Position numbers and translations under genes: made by a program | Part shown: one piece after another, positions 11,990-25,819 of the stretch | Position numbering within the stretch: the stretch's first letter is position 1 | How the letters are laid out: every line of letters starts with the position of its first letter | Assembly: GCA_039621445.1 (NCBI GenBank) | Contig: CP154954.1 | Span: 14,743,667-14,807,666 of the forward strand | Direction: 5' to 3' | DNA length: 64,000 nt | From: Euglena gracilis | Lineage: Eukaryota | The notes under the pieces: model-generated | What the model saw: the letters and a program-made list of their open reading frames with translations, nothing else | Told to the model about the DNA's origin: nothing | Database searches by the model: none

Positions 11990-14510
11990 GGCCTGAATCG
12001 CCCCTGACCGCCTTTAATTTGACCTCCCTGAACCATCAAATGTGCTGATGAGCTACCGCGGGTAGGAGGTTTCGCAGGCGAATTTCCGTGATTCCAGCAA
12101 TGATTGTTTTGATTGTTTTGTTCTTGTTCCAATTATCGGGAAGTCGTCAGCTGAATATGAAACAAACATTTCCGCCTGGCCATGCAAAAGATAACTGCAA
12201 GCAAAAGAGCGATATAAAGAAAATCTCAGTAATTCAAACAGAGCCGCCATGGATGCCTTTCAAACCGACGGGGAAAATGAAAATGTGTGTGAGTATTAAG
12301 TGTTTTCTTGAGGACCGCAAAGTCCGGCTGCCAAGGTGCTGGCTGGACCCCCTTTTTCAGCTGAAAAGTTAAGGTAATAACACCCGCCCTCAAAACACCC
12401 GCTCTTCACCGACTTTTTTATATATACCAAATTTCATTTATTTGCATCCAAAACAGATCCCCCAGCCCACCTTCGCCCTGGGACCTCTCCCACCCTCTCC
12501 CACCCCCCCCCCGTCACCCTCACTCTCCGCCTGTTTTTTGATTGCATTTGCATTTGGATCTTTTGTTTCCCACCTGAGTTGGTCTGAAATGTCTGCTTGT
12601 CTTCCCTTCTCCTCCGTCCGCCATGGGGCCCACACAGTCAGACGCCCCCCAGTCTAGTGCGGTGCCCCGAGGCGCCGTCCCCTCACTCGCCACCGCACGT
12701 GTGCCGCATTCTGCCTCGGTCGCCTCCATCCCCAGGGTGGGATGGGCAGCTGGTTTGCCCAGGCGTGGGGATGCCATTTTCCAGAAAGGGACCATGGAAG
12801 CTGAGGATGGGGGAGCACCGGAGCTCCCCCAGGTTTTCACCTCGCATTTTGCTTTTTGACACCAAGATCAGGCTGTATTGTCGGGTGACGACCCCACCCG
12901 GGGGGGCGGTGCCTGTCTGGGCACTCCAAGGCCCCCCAAATCTGACCTGAGTTTTGAAGGCTTTTCCAAAGTTTCCAATGCCCCCCACCGGGATCTGTGA
13001 AAACTGTCGGGGCGCCAGCAAAATTTTGTTGTGTTTCATTTTTTATATAAAAATGTTTAAGCCGTTCGCTTTTGGCGTCCCATGCTTTGCCGGAGCTGCC
13101 GGCCCACCCTGGCGGTCTCTTCCTCCCGCCGTTGTGCCTCTGCCACTTGGCCGGGACGCTCCCCCCTCCGGTCTGCACCGCCAGCAAGCTCCTACAGTAA
13201 AAATGGCCGAAAATGAAAAAAAAAGTTTCTTTGGTGGATTCCGGTTGAAGTTGCTCGACTCCCAGAAAAAAGAAGCCTATTCCCAAAAACCTTGCATTTG
13301 CATATTGTAACAAAAACTCTTTGAATCTTTAATCCCTGAGCACCAAACGTGCTTGGATGTGTTTACATGAATGATCAAATGCGTTGTTGGCATGCAGGGA
13401 TTTAAAGGTAATTTTACCCCCACCGATAGGAAAAAAATCGCCGAAAATGGCCGAAAATGGCAAAATTCTGGGGTCAACTGTAGGTGCTTGACCTGACTGC
13501 ACCTCCAGCGTGCCGGGCCTTCCACGCGCGCTCAGCCACCGCGAGGTGCTCACTCTCAGGTGGCAAAAGGACCTTTCCTCCCCTGTGGAGAGCCACACAA
13601 GACAACAACAAGAAGTGGGTGGTTGGTGTGTGCAATTGCACACGTCAACCATTCAAATGTTCAGAAATGTTGACTGTTCCACGATTTCAGGACTGAAGAA
13701 CTGCATTTTTATACTCAGTTCTTCAGGATGAAACCTGGAAATGTTGTGTATTTGTTGTTCCAGGGGCTAAGAAATGGTTTTTCACAGCTTCGATTGCTGT
13801 TGTTCAAATTTAGGCGTGCAGGCTGGTCCTTTATATGTATTTAAATTCTGCAAATACCTCTGAATATGCATACATTTGTAACAATCACATAACCATTTGT
13901 GCAATGTACAAACTCATCATTTTTGGCTGGCATCCACTGTTCACAATTGCACAAACGGTTGGTGTGCTCATTTGCGTTCACCAAATCGTTCAGTCAATAT
14001 CCCAGGTTAATGAGACAACCATTGCAGGTTTCTAAACACACCTGCTGGATGATGCTGCTGGATGCCGCACATTGATTTTTTCCCCCAGGAGCATTTTTGC
14101 CCCCAGGAGGGAATCCAACCTCCCCCTCTTGAGGTGTCCAAACCACCCCTCCTACTAATTTCATAACCTTGTCGGACCCCCCCCCCTGGTCAGAAACAAA
14201 AATAAATGTTTCTGCGACCGCCTCCCTGGTCACAGACGAACATTCATGGTCCTTGAACAGGACGGAGGGGAAGTTGTTGCGGGTTGATAAAACGTCGTGA
14301 TCTGGACGATGATGAACAATGTATCCAATTCCTAGTGATCACGCTTCTTCATGAGTTTTCACAGTTCAACCCTGGGGGGGGGGGACTGAAGCTTGTCCAA
14401 ATTTCCCACGAGGGTGGTCCGCGGGTGGGTGGGGGTTTTGACACAAAACTGAAGAAAATTTTTATTTGACCCCCCAAAATCAAAATTTGCCAAAAATGAC
14501 CGTTTTGCAA
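11990..14510. repeat. Recent ~2.5-kb direct duplication, copy 1
   Basis: Near-identical to 15395-17925; ORF-track peptides are identical (e.g. 12520..12840 and 15888..16208). Confidence 0.9.
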
Positions 14511-15394
14511 TTGAATGGTAATCGATACCGCTGACGTTATGTTGCTGCGGGGGGCACACCACCACTTTGCAATCTGAAGTGTGCCACTGGCTGAAGCTCT
14601 CCTTCCCGCTGCCATGGGAGGACTGAACGCCCTGACAGCCCAATTGCCTTTCCCTACTGTGTCCTTGGTGATGTTGGAGGTTTAGAAGGGAATTTCCATT
14701 GTTGACTGGTAGATTGTTTGTCTTTATTCGGGAATCTGGTCACGTGCTTGTTTTCCCTCCATGCTCGGGTTTGGTCACTGGGTGTACTCTTTTCGTAGTT
14801 GGTTATGGATGTTTGAATTACCCATTTGTTGCAATGTGTGTTCAAGTTGTTTTTTTGTATTCGTCACTGCTTTTCCCCGGCTTGCTTGAATTTTATGTGT
14901 GTGGTGAATCAACGCTCACATCTCGTTCGTGTTTGACACCTGTTATTTTTATTTGGTTTGTTATGATCTCCTCATTTTGGCCTTTTGTTTTTTGTTCTTA
15001 CCTTGTTGGATGACTTTTTTTTCCTTCGGTCAGTTTTCTTTGATGTTTTGGGGGGGGTATCGGATTTTGGCGGGTGTCTGTTCCGTACCAGGCACCGATT
15101 GGACTTATAAGGGTGCTGCGCTGTTGGTTTTCATTTATTTGAAAATTGTTCGATTTTTTGTTGCGTGCTTGGTGCACCCTTGGGGGGGTGGGGGGGTGGG
15201 TTGGTGGGGGTGGCGGGGTTCGGGGTGTGTGGGGTGTTTTGGTGGTTTGGTGAAGTTGTGGAGTTTGGGCTATAGTTTGGTGGGGTTGGATCTGTGTGTG
15301 GCGAAAGTGCGGGGGTTAGATTTGTGTGGTGTTTGTGTGAAGTTGTTTAACTGGTGTGTTTTTGCTTGGGAGCTGGGTCCCGCACGTGTCCATG

Positions 15395-17925
15395 CCCCTG
15401 AACCATCAAGCTGCTTGGTGTACCGCGGGTGGAGGTTTCGCAGGCGAATTTCCATGATTCCAGCAATGATTGTTTTGATTGTTTTGTTCTTGTTCCAATT
15501 ATCGGGAAGTCGTCAGCTGAATATGAAACAAACATTTCCGCCTGGCCATGCAAATATAAACTGCAAGCAAAAGAAGCGATATAAAGAAATCTCAGTAATT
15601 CAAACAGAGCCGCCATGGATGCCTTTCAAACCGACGGGGAAAATGAAAATGTGTGTGAGTATTAAGTGTTTTCTTGAGGACCCCAAAGTCCGGCTGCCAA
15701 GGTGCTGGCTGGACCCCCTTTTTCAGCTGAAAAGTTAAGGTAATAACACCCGCCCTCAAAACACCCGCTCTTCACCGACTTTTTTATATATACCAAATTT
15801 CATTTATTTGCATCCAAAACAGATCCCCCAGCCCACCTTCGCCCTGGGACCTCTCCCACCCCCCCCCACCCCCCCCCCCCGTCACCCTCACTCTCCGCCT
15901 GTTTTTTGATTGCATTTGCATTTGGATCTTTTGTTTCCCACCTGAGTTGGTCTGAAATGTCTGCTTGTCTTCCCTTCTCCTCCGTCCGCCATGGGGCCCA
16001 CACAGTCAGACGCCCCCCAGTCTAGTGCGGTGCCCCGAGGCGCCGTCCCCTCACTCGCCACCGCACGTGTGCCGCATTCTGCCTCGGTCGCCTCCATCCC
16101 CAGGGTGGGATGGGCAGCTGGTTTGCCCAGGCGTGGGGATGCCATTTTCCAGAAAGGGACCATGGAAGCTGAGGATGGGGGAGCACCGGAGCTCCCCCAG
16201 GTTTTCACCTCGCATTTTGCTTTTTGACACCAAGATCAGGCTGTATTGTCGGGTGACGACCCCACCCGGGGGGGGTGCCTGTCTGGGCACTCCCAGGCAC
16301 CCCAAATCTGACCTGACTTTCGAAGGCTTTTCCAAAGTTTCCAATGCCCCCCACCGGGATCTGTGAAAACTGTCGGGGCGCCAGCAAAATTTTGTTGTGT
16401 TTCATTTTTTTTATATAAAAATGTTTAAGCCGTTCGCTTTTGGCGTCCCATGCTTTGCCGGCGCTGCCGGCCCACCCTGGCGGTCTCTTCCTCCCGCCGT
16501 TGTGCCTCTGCCACTTGGCCGGGACGCTCCCCCCTCCGGTCTGCACCGCCAGCAAGCTCCTACAGTAAAAATGGCCGAAAATGAAAAAAAGTTTCTTTGG
16601 TGGATTCCGGTTGAAGTTGATCTACTCTCAGAAAAAGAGAGCCTATTCCCAAAACCTTGCATTTGCATATTGTAACAAAAACTCTTTGAATCTTTTTAAT
16701 CCCTGAGCACCAAACGTGCTTGGATGTGTTTACATGATTGATCAAATGCATTGTTGGCATGCAGGGATTTAAAGGTAACTTTACCCCCACCTATAGGAAA
16801 AAATCGCCGAAAATGGCCGAAAATGGCAAAATTCTGGGGTCAACTGTAGGTGCTTTACCTGACTGCACCTCCAGCGTGCCGGGCCTTCCACGCGCTCAGC
16901 CACCGCGAGGTGCTCACTCTCAGGTGGCAAAAGGACCTTTCCTCCCCTGTTGAGAGCCACAAGACAACAACAAGAAGTGGGTGGTTGGTGTGTGCAATTG
17001 CACACGTCAACCATTCAAATGTTCAGAAATGTTGACTGTTCCACAATTTCAGGACTGAAGAACTGCATTTTTATACTCAGTTCTTCAGGATGAAACCTGG
17101 AAATGTTGTGTATTTGTTGTTCCAGGGGCTAAGAAATGGTTTTTCACAGCTTCGATTGCTGTTGTTCAAATTTAGGCGTGCAGGCTGGTCCTTTATATCT
17201 ATTTAAATTCTGCAAATACCTCTGAATATGCATACATTTGTAACAATCACATAACCATTTGTACAATGTACAAACTCATCATTTTTGGCTGGCGCATCCA
17301 CTGTTCATCATTGCACAAACGGTTGGTGAGCACATTTGCGTTCACCAAATCGTTCAGTCAATATCCCAGGTTAATGAGACAACCATTGCAGGTTTCTAAA
17401 CACACCTGCTGGATGTTGGTGTACGTTTTGACTAAAAATATAGGAAAACGCGATTTTTGGGCCTTTTTCAAGTCCCAAAATTTTCCCGCACATTTTTTCC
17501 CCCAGGAGCATTTTTGCCCCCAGGAGAGAATCCAACCTCCCCCCTCTGGAGGTGTACAAACCACCCTGCCTACTAATTTCATAACCTGGTCGACCCCCCC
17601 CCCGGTCAGAAACAAAAAAATGTTTCTGCGACCGCCTCCCTGGTCACAGACGAACATTCATGGTCGTTGAACAGGAGGGATGGGAAGTTGTTGCGGGTTG
17701 AGAAAACGTCGAGGTCTGGACGATGATGAACAATGCAACCAATTCCTAATGATCACGCTTCTTCATGAGTTTTCACAGTTCAACCCGGGGGGGGGGGACT
17801 GCAGCTAGTCCAAATTTCCCACGAGGGCGGTCCGCAGGTGGGTGGTGGTTTTGATACAAAACTGAAGAAAATTTTTATTTGACCCCCCAAAATCAAAATT
17901 TGCCAAAAATGACCGGTTTGCAATT
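15395..17925. repeat. Recent ~2.5-kb direct duplication, copy 2
   Basis: Near-identical to 11990-14510. Confidence 0.9.
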
Positions 17926-18024
17926 TTTGGAATATTTCTTAAAAGAAAACCAGCCAAGAAACGAACTCACCAAAAACCCATTTCCATTGTGTGTGTGTGT
18001 GCGCACGTGTTTATGGTTGTGTGC

Positions 18025-20125
18025 AAATTGTCCCATCATGCTGACTTTTCATATTGGCATTCGAATTCACTCCACCGGTCCTGGACTTTTTCACCTGCAC
18101 TTCTGACCCAGGTTTTCAGAAAACATTTTGTTCCACCCTACTTGTTATATGTGTTATAGAAGGAGAACGCTTCCTTCCTTCGCACCTCATTCGTTGCACT
18201 GCAGCCACTTTCACCGTGCCATGCCTTTGCCTGTGGTCACGGAGGGTGCGTTGTTTGTGGATGTCTGTGCAGTGTCAACTGAACTGCACTCCAACCCTCT
18301 CCACTGGTGAGAGTGTATTCAAAACGTGGCTTTTGCTTTTGTCGTTTGTTTGACTGTTGTTGTTTTGTTTGACCCTCTGTTTGTGCGTTGCTTACCCCCC
18401 CCCATGTGTAATGAACCCCCTTACCGAGTGAACAGGGGGTCCGAACCTTCCAGGTTCAGGCATGTGCCGTCACTGCTTGACGGGGCAACTTATCGGAAGT
18501 TTTGGCACAATGCTGCTTTCGGCATGGCCCCATTCCAACCCGTCATGGAACCACGCAACCTGCTGAAGAGTCCCCCACTGTCTGAATCTTTTGTTGAACA
18601 CTTGTTGCATTTTTCTCCACATCAAAATGCATTACACGTCGTGTTTTAAGTTTTTGTCCCCCAAACATCCACTCCTATCGACAGAAGTGATTCTTTTGCA
18701 TTTCCAACTCAGGCAAATTATTTTTGATGTGAAGTGAAGTGGGATCGGCTTCCCCCTCAGGTCTCCCAATCTCCCCTCGGGTTTCCAGTCCCCCCCCCAC
18801 ACTGTCTGTGGAAACTGATGGGGCGACACCAAATTTTGTGGTGTTTGGAAATGAAATGTCGAAGTTTTCAAGTCCCAAAATTTTCCTGCACATTTTTTTC
18901 CCCCAGGTGCATTTTTGCCCCCAGGAGAGAATCCAACCTCCCCCCTGAACAGGGGGGGTCCGAACCTTCCAGTTTGTCAGCTTTCATAGCATAGAAAATT
19001 CCCTGACACCCGCGCTCAAAGAATTTACCCAATTCGGACTCTCCAGATTTTACTTTGGTGTCTAATCAGCTTGGGGAGGGGGGAAAATACATGAAATAAA
19101 AATTAACCTGCGTTTTATGGATTCCAGACCATTTCACATTCCCTCATTGGAAAGTGGTCAACCAACGATGGTGGGTCATAAATTGTCACTGCGTGACAGG
19201 ACAAGGCATCGGAATATTGGCACAAGGCTGGCCCCTTTCCAACCCATTTGGAACCATGCAACGTGCTGTAGCGTCCCCAATGGCTGCATCATTCGTTGAA
19301 CATTATTATGCTCCTGCAACTTTGTATTTTGGTGGGATTTCAAGACCCTCAAGGGGGGGGGACTTTACAGAATTTACAAGTTTCGGGGGGGGGGGAGTCA
19401 AGCTTACCTGGGTGACCCATGCAAGATTTGCTGTGTATTCCTATTTTCCTCAATAATGTGCATTTTTTCGGAAACGGACGTTCTCTGATGAAAATGGTGT
19501 ATCCACCCGAAATTTTTTCAACTTTCTTCTGGGGCACTCCATTGAGGGGCTTCGTGTTTTTTGGGGTATTTTGGGGGTTTTGCAATATTTTTGTGTACGA
19601 CTTCCTGAATTTCTGGGACAAAGAGGGGGTTGGCTTTCAGAATTTGAAAGTAGCAAGTTTGACTGATTCAGCCTGCGTCCATCAACCAATCGCCCCGCTG
19701 GCACCTAATTGTACAGCTTCCCACGCTATCCCCTGCTTCGAGCCCAGGCTTCTGCAGTTGCGCTGAAATGCTTTATTGGTGAGAAGGGAAGGAATGGGGG
19801 ACAAGCGCCTGGGGGTGGTGGGGAGCTCCCCTCACCATGTTCAAAAACTACGACATGTGCGCAGAATCGGCACATTACCCACGCCGGGAGGGGGGGGGGG
19901 GCGCAAGCGCCGGGGTGAGTGGAATCCAGACCAAAGCTCGGTGTGCTTCGGAGAAAAGAAACGGAAGCCTTTTTTTCCGCAGAAGTCTCTCCCCATTCCT
20001 TTTGGAGTCGCTCCATGGAAGCCGTGCGGCAAGCTTGCCACCATTGAGGTGTTGAAGTGGCGCAAGTCGAGCCCCGCTTCATCTTGCAGCCCCGAAGCTG
20101 GTTGTTGCTGGCCCAGGGTGAGGGT
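18025..20125. repeat. Additional internal duplicate of block 10170-11760 (also ~48950-50440)
   Basis: For example AAGTTTGACTGATTCAGCCTGCGTCCATCAACCAA occurs at ~11293, ~19654 and ~50361. Confidence 0.85.
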
Positions 20126-20194
20126 GAGGTAATGCGGACTGCCCTGAACCTGAGGTCTCGGTGTTTGAAGGCAGAACTTTTTGCAAAATGATTT

Positions 20195-22177
20195 GGGTCC
20201 CAGAAAATCCTCTTCTTTCGGTACCTGGAGCCTACAGGGCCGCTTCGCGGCGCCTGGTTACCTGAGCCTTCCTGGAGCCTCCCTGAGCCTCCCTGGAGCC
20301 TCCGGCAGGTAAGTTATTTTGTACATAGGCCATGTTCGACCCTCAACCCCTCTGCATCCGCACACAACTCACGTTTGCCCATTTGCTATTTACACCATGA
20401 CCGCCGATGGCAGAATTGGTTGAAACATTTATCCATTCGCCACAAAGACGCCATGTCCGCGTAATTTTGCTTTTACCGTTTTACCCGTTTGCTATTTACG
20501 CCTTGTCCGCCAAATTTTGTCCACACAAAAGGATGTTGTTATTGGGGAGCTGGGGAGGGGGGAGTGGGGTAGGGGAGAGAGGGGAAGGGGGAGGGGGGGG
20601 GAGGGAGGTCCGGGGGGTGGGGGGCGGGGGGAGGGGGCCTGTGGCCCCCTCCCCCCGCCCCCTTTTTTCGCCTCCCCCCGCCCCCCTCCCCCCCGGGCAC
20701 AGCCAAATGAACACCATTTTGGATTTCACGTGACCCTTTTTTTGCACGGCAAATAATTTAGGTACAATTCTGGCCGGATAAATTCATTTTCGGTTTCAAT
20801 TAAGCTCTATGTTGCGTCCCAGCCTCCCATTACACCCATTTTTGCTTTTTTGGCAAACGGTTTATTTTTTTTTTTTGCTAATTTGGGCTATTTTGCATTG
20901 ATTTGGGCAAATATTGGGCCAATTTGGGTCAATATGAACAATGTTATGGCATTTTTGGTCATTTTGTGCCATTTTGGTGATTTTGGGTATTTTTTTTTGG
21001 ATTTTTGTAAAAATTTTGTGGATATTGTTGGCATTTTTGGGCTATTTGGGTTATTTGAAGCTATTTTAGGTCGTTTGGTTGCTCTTTGGGGCTTTTGTGG
21101 TCATTTTGGCTCGGTTGTGAGCCAGTGGATGCAGGCATCAGGCAAGATGCAGACATGGACAAGGTGCAGATGCTGGACAAGATGCAGACACTGGACAAGA
21201 TGCCGTGGATGCAGATGCTGGACAAGATGCAGACGATGGACAAAATGCAGACGCTGGACAAGATGCAGTGGTTGCAGATGCTGGACAAGATGCAGACGCT
21301 GGACAAGATGCAGACGCTGGACAAGATGCAGATGCTGGACAAGATGCAGATGCTGGAAAAGATGCAGTGGTTGCAGATGCTGGACAAGATGCAGATGCTG
21401 AACAAAATGAAGACGCTGGACAAGATGCAGATGCTGGACAAGATGCAGTGGCTGCAGATGATGAACAGGATGCAAATTCCAGACAAGATGCAGTGGACAC
21501 AGATACTGGACGAGATGCAGATGTTGGACAAGATGTAGATGCTGGACAAGTTGTAGATGTTGGACAAAAGAGGACAATATTGGACAACATGCAATGGTTG
21601 AAGATATTGGACAACATGCAATGGATGCAGGTACTGGACAAGGTGTAGATACTGGACAAGGTGCAGAGACCACACAACATGCAAATACTGGACAAGATGT
21701 TGACATTTGACAAGATTCAGACAACGGACAAGATTCAAATGCTAGTCAAGATGCAGATGTTGTCCAGATGTTTCACATCTCTTCTTCTTGTGCCTCGCTG
21801 TGCCTGCATTATCCCATTATCCTTGTCACATCTCCGGCGAGCAACTGCTGATTCATGCATTCTGAGTCTACAACACCACAGATTGCATCACGGCACACCA
21901 CCTGTCCCACTGTCGTCCGGTGCACAAAACTGGTTACCCGAACCTCCCTGGAGCCTCTATGGAGGCTCCCTGGAGGCTGGTTATCTGAGCCGCCCTGGAG
22001 CCTCCCGGAGGCTCCCTAAAAGGGAGCCTCCCTGGAGGCTGGTTATCTGAGCCTCCCTGGAGCCTCCCTGGAGCCTCCATGGAGCCTCCCTGGAGCCTCC
22101 CCGGAGCCTCCCTGGAGCCTCCCTGGAGCCTCCGGCAGGTAACCTCCAGGGCAGGATTCTATTTTTGCGGTAGACCC
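20195..22177. mobile_element. Second, more decayed copy of the 3101-5894 element
   Basis: Same termini (GGGTCCCAGAAAAT ... TTTTTGCGGTAGACCC) and same cargo order (unique part, G/C tract, 18-bp minisatellite). Flanks AAATGATTT / AAATGAACG match 6 of 9. Confidence 0.85.
21125..21760. repeat. 18-bp minisatellite, shorter paralog inside the second element copy
   Basis: Same GATGCAGATGCTGGACAA unit. Confidence 0.95.
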
Positions 22178-22516
22178 AAATGAACGCAAAGTTACAATCA
22201 TTTTCAAAGCCATGTGCGAGTTAGGCGGCCTAAGACAGCGAAACCTTGTGTTTGATTCTTTTCCAACAAAAATGGTGATACTGCGGCTCGTTGTTTCATC
22301 CTATTCGGGGCTGGTGCCGCCAGCCCACCCTGGCAGTCTCTTCCGTCCACCGGCGTGCCTCTGCCATTGGCCGATACGCTGCCCCCTCCGGTCTGCACCG
22401 CCAGCGCTGATTGCACCTCCAGCGCGCCGGGCCTTCCCTCCCCTGGACTGACCCCGTGTGGAAAGCCGTGCAAGACAACCGTTCGCACGTCGCTTTCTTT
22501 TGCTCTTTGCCATGAG

Positions 22517-22934
22517 CAGGTATTATTATTATTGTGTATTTTTTTCGAAATTTTGAGGCATTTTAAGACATTTTTTTGAAGACTTTTTATGGCATTTTAA
22601 GGTGTTGTTTTCCAGGGTGGTCCAAGGGTTATCGAACCAATGTTTTTGATTTTGAATGTTCCCCAAAATCAAAACGTCAAAAAACACTTTTTTTGAGTTT
22701 AGGACAGTAATGTTCCAGCGATGCCAGAAATATTTTTTTATTCCAGGGTTTGGCTCGTTTTTGGCGAGATTTTGCGCTTTGATACTTGTTTGGTTGGAGA
22801 AAATCCTGCCAGTCCAAACTGTTTAAGGCATTTTCAGACATTTTCAAGATTTTAAAGGTATTTTGGCAACATATTTTCAGCCGCCTTTTAAGGCATGTTA
22901 GGTTTTTAAGGCGCCTTAAAAATAATAATGTCTG
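22517..22934. mobile_element. hAT-like MITE with 8-bp TSD
   Basis: Ends CAGGTATTATTATT ... AATAATAATGTCTG; flanks GCCATGAG / GCCAGGAG (7 of 8); TTTTAAGG subterminal repeats. The same insertion is present, split, in copy B at 59293 and ~60765. Confidence 0.8.
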
Positions 22935-24072
22935 GCCAGGAGGGAGGGGGCTGCAGGTGGACAGGGCCAGCTAGACGAGATCAATTAGACAGGAAACACC
23001 ACAGCAAGCCCCATGAAAAAAAATAGCCACCCAATGTAATCAACCATTTTGTGAGTAACCCCCAAGTTTCAGCAACATTTCGAACTATATTTTGGCCAAA
23101 TCCAAGCAAACCCAAACAGAAGGAACCCCTGGCCTGATGCTATGAAGATAATTTTCATGAAAATTGCATTGGAACGGCTGAAAGAAGCATTCTTTAAATC
23201 TGGGCAACCCCCAAATTTAAATCACCCTAAGCCTTTTTTCGGAACAAAATATAGGTGACTGAACTGCTTATATTTTTGGAGATTTTGCAATCACAGCAGG
23301 TATTTTCCAAGGGACAGGCATTCCTTTCTAAGACACAACGTGTCATTGGTTGCCCCTGTCAGGAACACCCAAAACCTTGCTGTGTTTTGAACAGGGAGGT
23401 GTTTTTGTGTTGGTTCAAGTGAGGTGTCTCTCCTTTGATTAACCACCCTAGGCTTTTTGTCCGCCACCTCCTTACATGCATGTGCGGTTCCCCTGTCCCC
23501 CTAAAGTGGACCAGCGGCCATAACTTGTCACCTTGGACCCGTGTTTTAACATTCTAGCTTATTTTGTGCAAGGCCCAACAAAATCCTTAACAATACAGAT
23601 TAAGATTAAGCCGCTTAAGATTGACCCTGGCCCTCCCTTCATTTGTGCCCAGGCAAAGCGCCGGGTGGGGGGGGGTTATGTGCAGAAAACACTGCAATTT
23701 TGACAAGGGGGAATGCAAATTTTTAAACTGCGATGGTTAACATTTTTTTTTGCAGAGTCCAAAATCATAATAATTTATTTTTTGCATCCTTTTTCGACTT
23801 TTTTTTGTGCTCGCGACAAAATGAAGTTGCATAAAACATATTTTTAGACCAATTCCATCGGCAGTAATTGCATAAGAATGCAATTGGGCAAACCAACAAT
23901 ATCATTTTTCAAATTCGCGTCACGTGTTCTTTTGTTGCAGCATTTTTGGTGTTTATTTGATTGCTTTTTTTGAAGAAAAAAAATTGCAAAAGAATGTCTT
24001 TGTTTTTTTTTTTGTGTCCTTGAAGAGAAAAGTGCAAATCATTGTCCGAAAATGCACCGTGTTCGCATATGG

Positions 24073-24334
24073 TACCCCCCCCCTAGTCGCACGACCACCC
24101 CTCATTTACGACCACCCCCTGGTCACAGGTTGCAGGTCATGGGGTGTTATGACCACCCTCCCCCGGTCACAGGTTGCAGGTTACAAAAATTTTAACACCA
24201 CTTCACCTATGACCGCCCCCGCATTTACGACCACCCCCCGGTCACAGGTTGCAGGTTATGGGGGTGTTACGACCACCCCCCCCCCCCCGGTCACAGGTTG
24301 CAGGAACCCAGTCGTACTACTAGGGGGGGGGGTA
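24073..24334. mobile_element. MITE with TACCCCCCCCCTAGT.G.ACGAC TIRs and four GGTCACAGGTTGCAGG repeats
   Basis: ~22-bp TIRs flanked by ATGG on both sides (24069-24072, 24335-24338). A TA TSD reading is also possible. Confidence 0.8.
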
Positions 24335-25819
24335 ATGGCTGGTTTGCAGCATTTACACACACCAATCACCCAAAGACACCAGCAATATTTGCGTCCTGTC
24401 CCTGAGACTTTTTACGTCCGAATGGGAACAGGGGGATGAGCAGCTCAGGGGGGGGGGCTGCCCCCCCAAGCTGTCACCATCTCTGATGCAAGAAAGCCCA
24501 AAAGGGGTTATTTTTGTCAACTTTTTTGGATTTTCGCAAAAAAAAAGGTCAATTTCAAGCACATTTGCCAAAAAGTGATGTTTGAAACTTTCCAAAAAGG
24601 TCAATTTTGAACACTGTTCCAGCCTCTTGGCTGAACCCCCCGGGTGTTCATTTATCATCCCCTGATTCAGTTGTTTTGCCATTAGCTTTGCTTTTTTTTT
24701 TTGCTATTTTCATTTAGGTGGCTCGTTGGCCCCCTAAAGACCATGGCGTCTACATCGCTGTCCTGAAGTTTGCCCCTTGGTCTATTGTGGCCAACACGAA
24801 CACAAGAAGAGAGCATTTAACCTCAACCCACACTTGGACGGCATTTGCAACATTCCATCCGCCCCCACCCCCTGCTTTTCCCAGGTTAGCCATACTTTCA
24901 ACAAAATGCTCTCCTCTCTGTCGCTGCCCTGCGGTGCCGATGTGCGGGTTGAGTGGACGGGCTCCAGAGCGGCTCGGGCGGCGTGCAGGCGATTGCTGTG
25001 TTTAACCGATGGTTGGAGTGGTATTAATCTTCCCTGGATGGGTATGCTTTTTATGGTTGCATTGGATTGCATACAATTTGGTAATATATGGCAAAATAGT
25101 ACGCAGACTCGGCGACCGTGTTTTTGCATGGATCTGCTGCACGCCATTGTCAAGTGCTTCCACCAGAGAGTGCTTTGCAGAAATGCATACAGACACTCAG
25201 GTCAACAATAAGCAATTTTTTTTTCAGTTTCATGTCTTTTTTTACCCTGGAAATTTTATCTTCTTGAAAAGTGCTATAACAGTGAGCTATTCCCGACCCC
25301 ACTGTGGGAATAGCTCGGACGGGGGGGGGGGCTGCTCGGGAGGAGCTCCTGTTGGGGGAGCATTGTTGTTGCTTCAAAAGCATTTTTTTGATTTGTGTAT
25401 TCTGGCTTTTCAATTTTTCGAATTCTGTTTTTGGTAATATGATAAATTTTAATTATTTTGGCAGTTGTGTTTCATTACAATTCAGTTCAGGGCGTTGCTT
25501 AATAAAGTTTGACCCCTCGAAGGGTCCAGCCAGCCAGCAGCCTTTTCCTTGCAGCCTTTTTCCAGCCCCGGACCTCGTTTCCCCCATCAATGAAACGTTA
25601 ACAGATTTTGGCTTTTAGATGTACGGAAGTAGGCTAAAATGGGTCGGAAAAAAGTTGTCCAGGCTCAGCTCCAGCCCAGGACCGTCAGCCTGCAGCCTTT
25701 TTCCAGCCAGCCCAAATTGTTGTTGTCGTTTGGGTGAAGCTGTTTGGGGGCACCATTGGCCTAGTCGGCCCGACCAGGGCAGACTGAAGTCAACCAGGGC
25801 AGGGCGGGGGGAGACGCTG

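Noticed and set aside
24429-24664. CAGGGGGATGA...TCATCCCCTG candidate MITE
   Set aside because: Short TIR match but no TSD, and the left flank has no paralog for confirmation.
24884-25060. Canonical exon (TTTTCCCAG...GTATG) or tyrosine-recombinase-like peptide
   Set aside because: Conservation extends past the putative splice sites, copy B has a 4-bp frameshift, and catalytic motif spacing does not fit.
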